A DNA stretch of 64,000 nt, taken from IMG/VR virus record IMGVR_UViG_3300025280_004467, positions 6,875-70,874 of that record; one strand, given 5' to 3'. The DNA is from a virus. The position numbers and the translations under genes are program-made. The notes beneath the pieces are model-generated. The model did not search any database and was not told the origin of the DNA. It saw only the letters and a list, made by a program, of their open reading frames with translations. Numbering within the stretch: position 1 is the stretch's first letter; each line of letters begins with the position of its first letter. Shown here one piece after another: positions 58,765 through 64,000 of the stretch.

Positions 58765-61167
58765 ATGCCGTATTATAAATTTAAGAAAAATGACCTATTC
58801 TATAATGTCATAAAGACTCATCCAGTAAGTGAATTTTCTATATACGATGGAAAAGTTTATTACAACAACACACCACAAATAAGTGGTGCATTTACTGCTA
58901 GCGTTCCCGGTGTCCCTCCAGGAAATATTAGCCTATATGAATTAAATGTTGATAGAAATAAAGATGATCATCTATTTGTTCCAAAAACAATAGAAAACGA
59001 TAATAATAACGATCCTGAAAATCCGAATAACACTACAGCAGAAAATCCTACAAACACTGATGGTGTTAAAAGTTTAATCTTTCCATATGTTGAAAAAAAT
59101 TCAGATCAAAATTTAAAATTCAAGCATATTACAGAGACCGAATATAATGCTCATTATGAGTGGGGGCAGATGATTACTGGTAGTTATCCATTATCTGCCA
59201 GTATCAAAAGAAATTTTTATGATAGCCAAGAAGATGCTAATGTTTTTGACCAACCAGAAGCTACAAAACCAGCGAACGCAGCTGAAGCTTGGAATCAAGC
59301 ATTTCCCCCTGACCCTATTGAACTTGTTACAAAAGGAGACGCCGGCGCCCTTTATACAGCAAGACCTCGTATTCAAGCTTTGAGAAATACTCTTAATTAT
59401 TATTCTCCCATGAGCCGTCATTATGTATTTTCTTCTTCCATTGATGGCTGGAGAAAGGATACACAAGAATTAAACCTTATTAGTATTCCATCAATATATT
59501 ATGGGAATTGTATCAAAAGAGGTTCTGTAGATTTAAAATTCTACGTAAAGGGAAAGTTAGTTGGACGAACACGCGACATAAAAAAGAATGGTGAATTAAT
59601 TGATATAACTACCGTTCCCTTTAGTAGACGTTCTGTGTTTTTTGATGGCTTTGCGAAAACCTCTGCCGTGTCCAATGTTTTTATATCGTCGAACGAGCCG
59701 AATTTTGCTGATTTTATTAAGGTTCCCTCGGTGGATAATTCGTTATCTGGACTATCTTCTCTTACGGTTTCAATGTGGGTCAACGCGCTGAAGCTTCCAG
59801 GTGCGAATTTGGCTTGGTACACTCTCATTCACACAAGTGACAATTGGAAGTTGTGGATCGATCCAATCCCCAACGGCGCCGGAGGTGCTAGGATCTATTT
59901 CGAAACCTTAAAAACCGACAACGTGAACGTTAACGGAAGATGGAAGGTCGCAGGAGAACTTTCACTTGGATCTTGGCACCATATAGCTGTTTCATATGAC
60001 GGCGCGCTAGCGGCCAACAATCCCGTAGTTTATGTTGACGGGGTATCAAAGTCAATAACGGAAACAGTCACTCCTTCAGCTGGAATAAGTGACAACGTTG
60101 GTCCAACACTGATTGGACATCGTTTTAGAGGACACATCGATGAGGTCAGTATTTGGAATGACAATTTAGACGAAGACGAAGTTGGGGAAATATATAACAG
60201 TGGCAAGGCTTGTAACTTAGTTACCCATTCTAAATATAGCAATTTAGTTTCATGGTGGAGGATGGGCGAGGTCACAGACACAGAGGCTGCACAATTAGAG
60301 GAAAACCCAACAACTGGCCCGACTTCTAATTTAATAGGAGATCCGCCATTATCAACAAATTTTATAATTCCAGATGAAAAAGGTTCAAATACAGCGTACA
60401 TGATAGGGTTTGCAGATTGGAACCAAAAAGCCCCTCCGCCGGACTACGAGTTTATGATATCGGGAATTACTGGGGTTGCCGCTCCTTCTTGTTTAACTTC
60501 TTCTTTAGTAGGGCTGGACGAGGGCGAAGATCATCCAATTGCAGGAGTTGTTCTTTATAATGAAGGTTTTATAATTTTAACAGGAAGTTGGAATCTCGAT
60601 GAAAATACTCAAAGTGATTATAAAAATGATGGAATTGCAAATGATTATCCAAGATGGACTTATTTTGGAGCCAGATTAACTAGTGGTTCAGGAGATGCCG
60701 GAAATCCTTCGCTATCCATCGGTGACCCAACAGTTGTTGGTGATCGTAGTCATGATTTATCAATGGAAGCAAAAGATAATTTGAGGACAGGCGATCACTC
60801 TTTAGATGATGCCTTCTTCCATATTTCGCTTTCTGGTACAAATTATGTGCCAACCAGAACAATGCTAGCTCATGCTCCAAAGGGAAGGTTGAATCATTCC
60901 AATAATCCAACTTATGTTACGTTTAATTCAGCTAACTTTGAATCAACCGGCGCTCTTGGATATTTTGAAGGACACAAAACACCGATTAAAAATATAGTTT
61001 CAAGTTCTCATAAAAATTATAGTGCTAGTTTTGATAAACATACTTTTGTTTCAAAGATTGGAATCTATGATGAAAATAGGAATCTTATCGGAATAAGCAA
61101 ATTAGCAACTCCAGTTCGAAAACGAGAAATTGATAATCTAACATTTAAAATTAAATTAGATTTTTAG
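58765..61167 (+). CDS. Paralog of 57590-58738 carrying an inserted LamG/concanavalin-like domain
   Basis: IKRGS, GVVLYNEG, NHSNNPTY, SKIGIYDENRNLIGISKL; LamG LTVSMWV...WHHIAVSY...VYVDG...IDEVSIW. Confidence 0.75.
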   Translation: MPYYKFKKNDLFYNVIKTHPVSEFSIYDGKVYYNNTPQISGAFTASVPGVPPGNISLYELNVDRNKDDHLFVPKTIENDNNNDPENPNNTTAENPTNTDGVKSLIFPYVEKNSDQNLKFKHITETEYNAHYEWGQMITGSYPLSASIKRNFYDSQEDANVFDQPEATKPANAAEAWNQAFPPDPIELVTKGDAGALYTARPRIQALRNTLNYYSPMSRHYVFSSSIDGWRKDTQELNLISIPSIYYGNCIKRGSVDLKFYVKGKLVGRTRDIKKNGELIDITTVPFSRRSVFFDGFAKTSAVSNVFISSNEPNFADFIKVPSVDNSLSGLSSLTVSMWVNALKLPGANLAWYTLIHTSDNWKLWIDPIPNGAGGARIYFETLKTDNVNVNGRWKVAGELSLGSWHHIAVSYDGALAANNPVVYVDGVSKSITETVTPSAGISDNVGPTLIGHRFRGHIDEVSIWNDNLDEDEVGEIYNSGKACNLVTHSKYSNLVSWWRMGEVTDTEAAQLEENPTTGPTSNLIGDPPLSTNFIIPDEKGSNTAYMIGFADWNQKAPPPDYEFMISGITGVAAPSCLTSSLVGLDEGEDHPIAGVVLYNEGFIILTGSWNLDENTQSDYKNDGIANDYPRWTYFGARLTSGSGDAGNPSLSIGDPTVVGDRSHDLSMEAKDNLRTGDHSLDDAFFHISLSGTNYVPTRTMLAHAPKGRLNHSNNPTYVTFNSANFESTGALGYFEGHKTPIKNIVSSSHKNYSASFDKHTFVSKIGIYDENRNLIGISKLATPVRKREIDNLTFKIKLDF

Positions 61168-61179
61168 TACAATGTAATA

Positions 61180-61719
61180 GTGTTTCTTGGTTTAGACATA
61201 TCGACATCAATAACTGGTGCGACTGTTCTTGATAACAATAGCAAATTATTATATTGCGAAGCTTGGGATATGAGAAACAAAAATCATTTCCCGGATTTAT
61301 TTAATAAGGCAAATCTAGTAAAGGGGCGCTTATTAGATTTAAGTATACAATTTCATATTAAATATATTTTTATCGAACAATCTTTGCAAGCATTTAGGCC
61401 CGGATTTTCTTCAGCAAAGACTTTATTGACATTAGCAAAGTTCAATGGTATAATTTCATATATCTGTCAAAATGATATGGGAATTGAACCAGAATATATT
61501 GGAGCATCGACTGCAAGAAAATCAAATGGAATTAAAATTCCTCGTGGAGAAAAAGCAAAAAAAGTTGTTCTTCAATATGTTCTTGACAATGAACCAAATT
61601 TTGTGGTAGAATATACAAAACAAGGAAACCCGAAACCAGGATCATATGATCGGACAGACAGTTTAATTATCGCGAGAGCAGGTTATAATTTATGGAAGGA
61701 GAGAAACTCCAACTCCTAA
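61180..61719 (+). CDS. RuvC-like Holliday junction resolvase (RNase H fold)
   Basis: FLGLDISTSITG, IFIEQ, LAKFNGI, ARK, YDRTDSLIIA. Confidence 0.8.
   Translation: MFLGLDISTSITGATVLDNNSKLLYCEAWDMRNKNHFPDLFNKANLVKGRLLDLSIQFHIKYIFIEQSLQAFRPGFSSAKTLLTLAKFNGIISYICQNDMGIEPEYIGASTARKSNGIKIPRGEKAKKVVLQYVLDNEPNFVVEYTKQGNPKPGSYDRTDSLIIARAGYNLWKERNSNS
61583..61612 (+). promoter_or_regulatory. Sigma70-type promoter TTGACA-N18-TAGAAT with extended -10 TG, inside the resolvase CDS upstream of primase
   Basis: TTGACA 61583-61588; TG-g-TAGAAT 61604-61612. Confidence 0.6.
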
Positions 61720-62633
61720 AAAGCATTTTTGGAAAGTTTCATCATTCAAATGATGAATGCCTTTTTCATTGTCCAAAGTGTAAACATCACAAGCGCAAAT
61801 TCTCTATTAATTTAGAGAAGGGTGCATTTAAATGTTGGATTTGTGATTATTATGGCCGCTCTCTTCGTCGTCTTATAAGAAAATATAGCGACTTCCGCAC
61901 ACTCCAAAAGTGGGATAAATTAAATGGTCGAGAAGATATAACAAAATTTGATGATTTATTCTTAGAAGAAACTGAAATTGAACCATTGCAAAGATTTGAT
62001 TTGCCACAAGAATTTGTATCTCTTACAAATGAAGATCTTCCTTTGGCAATGACCCCTGCTTTAAATTATTTGGAGAACAGAGGAATATCAAAAAAAGATA
62101 TTATTCGTTGGAAAATTGGATGCTGCATGCGAGGCGAATATAACAATAGAGTCATTATTCCTTCTTTTGATGAAGAAGGTTATGTAAATTATTTTGTTGC
62201 AAGAACATTTAATGGAGCTTGGAAAAAATATTTAAACCCTCAAGCATCAAAGAATATAATATTTAATGAGCTTTATTTAGATTTCGATCAAGATTTAATA
62301 ATTGTTGAGGGCATCTTTGATGCAATGATTGCTGGTCCAAACTCTGTTCCAATTCTTGGTTCTACTTTGCGCGAGAATTCCAAGTTGTTCCAGATGCTTG
62401 TAAAAAATGATACACCAGTTTATATTGGTTTGGATGTTGATGCCGAAAACAAGTCAAAAAGAATAATAAAAGATTTATTAAATTATGGAATTGAAGTGTA
62501 TAAAATTGCCACATCCGGTTATGAAGATATTGGTTCAATGACAAAAGAAGAATTTTTAAATAGAAAAAACGAAGCGGTATTATGTGATCCTAACGACTAC
62601 TTATTGTACGAAGCTTTAGGAGAAATAAAATAA
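61692..62633 (+). CDS. DNA primase (Zn finger + TOPRIM)
   Basis: CPKC...CWIC; YLENRGI; RVIIP; YFVAR; KYLNP; IVEGIFDA; LDVDA; DIG. Confidence 0.9.
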   Translation: MEGEKLQLLKSIFGKFHHSNDECLFHCPKCKHHKRKFSINLEKGAFKCWICDYYGRSLRRLIRKYSDFRTLQKWDKLNGREDITKFDDLFLEETEIEPLQRFDLPQEFVSLTNEDLPLAMTPALNYLENRGISKKDIIRWKIGCCMRGEYNNRVIIPSFDEEGYVNYFVARTFNGAWKKYLNPQASKNIIFNELYLDFDQDLIIVEGIFDAMIAGPNSVPILGSTLRENSKLFQMLVKNDTPVYIGLDVDAENKSKRIIKDLLNYGIEVYKIATSGYEDIGSMTKEEFLNRKNEAVLCDPNDYLLYEALGEIK

Positions 62634-62782
62634 TGAAAGGATTATTGCATCGATTAGCAAACCTTTTTAATCAAAATCACTGCTGCTGTTGTTGTGGTTG
62701 TTGCGCTTGCAAGAATTGCCCGGGGAAATGTAACAAACTCAAGGTAGTGCGTCGAAGGGGTCGACCAAGGAAAAATAAATGA
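62633..62782 (+). CDS. 49-aa Cys-rich microprotein with C-terminal AT-hook (not in ORF track)
   Basis: MKGLLHRLANLFNQNHCCCCCGCCACKNCPGKCNKLKVVRRRGRPRKNK; SD AGGAG at 62618; TAATG and ATGA overlaps with both neighbours. Confidence 0.75.
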   Translation: MKGLLHRLANLFNQNHCCCCCGCCACKNCPGKCNKLKVVRRRGRPRKNK

Positions 62783-64000
62783 AACTAACCAAATCACAAC
62801 TTAAACAAATTATTCAAGAAGAAGCCAATAAAGAGTTAACCAGATCACAACTAGAGAAAATTATTAAAGAAGAAACTGTTAATGAATTCGGCGCCGAGCT
62901 TGGAGGATACATCGGCAGTGGATCACCGGGAGGCCACGCCCGAACAATGGCAAGAGCCGCCGAAGCTGAACGCACCGAAGATTGGACAAGCGACATGAAG
63001 CGAATTGCAAAGGTGTTCGAAGCTGCAAGATTGGGAAAGCTGGTTGCTAGATTGATTAATAAAAAAGATGAATTTATGGACTTAATTGCGTATTTTGTTG
63101 GTGAGTTAGTAGAACAAGATAAAAAAAGAGAAATTCAAATAATGCGTAAGGTTTTAACGGATTTGATGAAATCTATACAAGCCGGCGAAGGAGAAGGCGA
63201 GAAGAAAAAGGAAGAACCCGCCGCAACCCCGCCTGAGCCAGAAAAATCAGCTGAACCTGAAGCAACAACTGCGACAACCGCCCCGGTTGATCCCATGCAT
63301 CGTCAGGCTCAAAAATTTAGAAAAAAACATGGATTAGTGACCATGGATCCTTCGAAGTTGACTGGTTTAGAAGAGATTATTCGAGAAGAAACAATCAAAA
63401 TTTTGATGCAAGAAGTTGAACCTGGAGGATTTAAAAAAGGCATTAAGAGTGTTGGCGACTTTTTACGAAAAGGCGTTGACAAGCTCACTATGAGGGGCGC
63501 TATCCCCCGAAGACTCCTTTCCCCGGATGTGGGTAAAATACGGAAGCGTTTTGAACAAACAAAATTGAAAGCAATGATTAAACAATATATTGATCGACCG
63601 GATGAATTTCACCACTTAATGATATATCTCATGAGTTTTATTGAAGATATTTCTTATAGAACCAAAGCTGGATATTTTAGAGAATTTATTGCACGCTGGC
63701 AAGAAAGAGTAGAAAAAGAAGCTACTGCAGCAGGCGTTCCACCAGAAGCTGCCGCTGCAGCGGCTGGAGGCGAAGCTGCAGCAACAGACGTTCCGCCAGA
63801 GGCTGGGGGTGAAGTTGCAGCCACGACCGCCACCACCGCCCGCGCGGCAAAAGCTGCAGCAGCAACTGCGACAACCGCCCCGGTTGATCCCATGCATCGT
63901 CAGGCTCAAAAAATAGGTCCTAAACCAATTGTTTATCCTCCGGTGGATATAGGCAAGCCCAAGACACGTATGAAGCAGATAGGTGGCCCTGAAAAGGCCC
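62779..64000 (+). CDS. Repeat-module protein, open at window end (not in ORF track)
   Basis: Manual translation: MKLTKSQLKQIIQEE...LEKIIKEE...LEEIIREE; no stop before 64000; two homologous modules with Ala/Pro/Glu linkers. Confidence 0.8.
   Translation, partial: MKLTKSQLKQIIQEEANKELTRSQLEKIIKEETVNEFGAELGGYIGSGSPGGHARTMARAAEAERTEDWTSDMKRIAKVFEAARLGKLVARLINKKDEFMDLIAYFVGELVEQDKKREIQIMRKVLTDLMKSIQAGEGEGEKKKEEPAATPPEPEKSAEPEATTATTAPVDPMHRQAQKFRKKHGLVTMDPSKLTGLEEIIREETIKILMQEVEPGGFKKGIKSVGDFLRKGVDKLTMRGAIPRRLLSPDVGKIRKRFEQTKLKAMIKQYIDRPDEFHHLMIYLMSFIEDISYRTKAGYFREFIARWQERVEKEATAAGVPPEAAAAAAGGEAAATDVPPEAGGEVAATTATTARAAKAAAATATTAPVDPMHRQAQKIGPKPIVYPPVDIGKPKTRMKQIGGPEKA
63266..63912 (+). repeat. 50-nt perfect direct repeat (63266-63315 and 63863-63912)
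   Basis: caactgcgacaaccgccccggttgatcccatgcatcgtcaggctcaaaaa occurs twice, 597 nt apart and in frame (TATTAPVDPMHRQAQK). Confidence 0.92.

Noticed and set aside
520-63909. Many short antisense or alternate-frame ORFs in the track (60-170 aa)
   Set aside because: They lie within long, motif-bearing + strand genes, lack SDs and recognisable motifs, and are expected shadows of coding sequence
63266-63912. Diversity-generating retroelement TR/VR pair
   Set aside because: The copies are identical (no adenine-specific mismatches), both are in frame in one CDS, and no reverse transcriptase is in the window
1-64000. Giant eukaryotic virus or bacterial chromosome origin (sugar genes, tubulin)
   Set aside because: SD-led coupled genes, a gp55-like sigma, gp25/gp6 baseplate, phage-type primase/RuvC and no cellular housekeeping genes indicate a tailed phage
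1-64000. Alternative genetic code (stop-codon reassignment seen in some huge phages)
   Set aside because: Genes are full-length in code 11, and TAA, TAG and TGA all end genes at sensible boundaries
1-64000. tRNA/rRNA genes, introns, inteins, IS elements
   Set aside because: Intergenic gaps are mostly too short, no cloverleaf or transposase motifs were seen, and the enzymes are of normal length

Overview
AT-rich, densely coding, almost entirely + strand segment of a large tailed (myovirus-type, 'huge/jumbo') bacteriophage genome. It uses the standard bacterial code with Shine-Dalgarno-led, translationally coupled genes. In order: (1) two divergent lipoprotein genes, PIN-PhoH, a HExxH protein and a Cas4/RecB-like nuclease (1-3.8 kb); (2) a ~17.5 kb glycan/nonulosonic-acid cluster (3 GT-B glycosyltransferases, 2 NeuB-family synthases, NeuA, PseB- and PseC-like enzymes, 2 formyltransferases, a PIG-L deacetylase, 3-4 CstII(GT42)/Maf-like transferases, 2OG-Fe dioxygenase, 2 methyltransferases, HAD phosphatase, cupin); (3) a gp55-like sigma factor followed by a tubulin/FtsZ-family GTPase; (4) a ~37 kb baseplate/tail module (gp5-like hub and spike, gp25, gp6, 2829-aa and 3348-aa giant proteins, LamG proteins); (5) RuvC-like resolvase, primase, an unannotated 49-aa Cys-rich/AT-hook ORF and a truncated repeat protein. 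Leading hypothesis (inference): a phage-encoded system for nonulosonic-acid O-glycosylation of the virion, with (S/T)-(G/A/S)-(S/T) tripeptides in baseplate proteins as candidate acceptor sites. Other highlights are a late-expressed tubulin in a sigma-factor phage, a recurring CTANTTA late-promoter motif, an apparently catalytically dead M15 peptidase and a tail-fibre anchor domain split between genes. All family assignments come from motif recognition by eye; no database searches were run.
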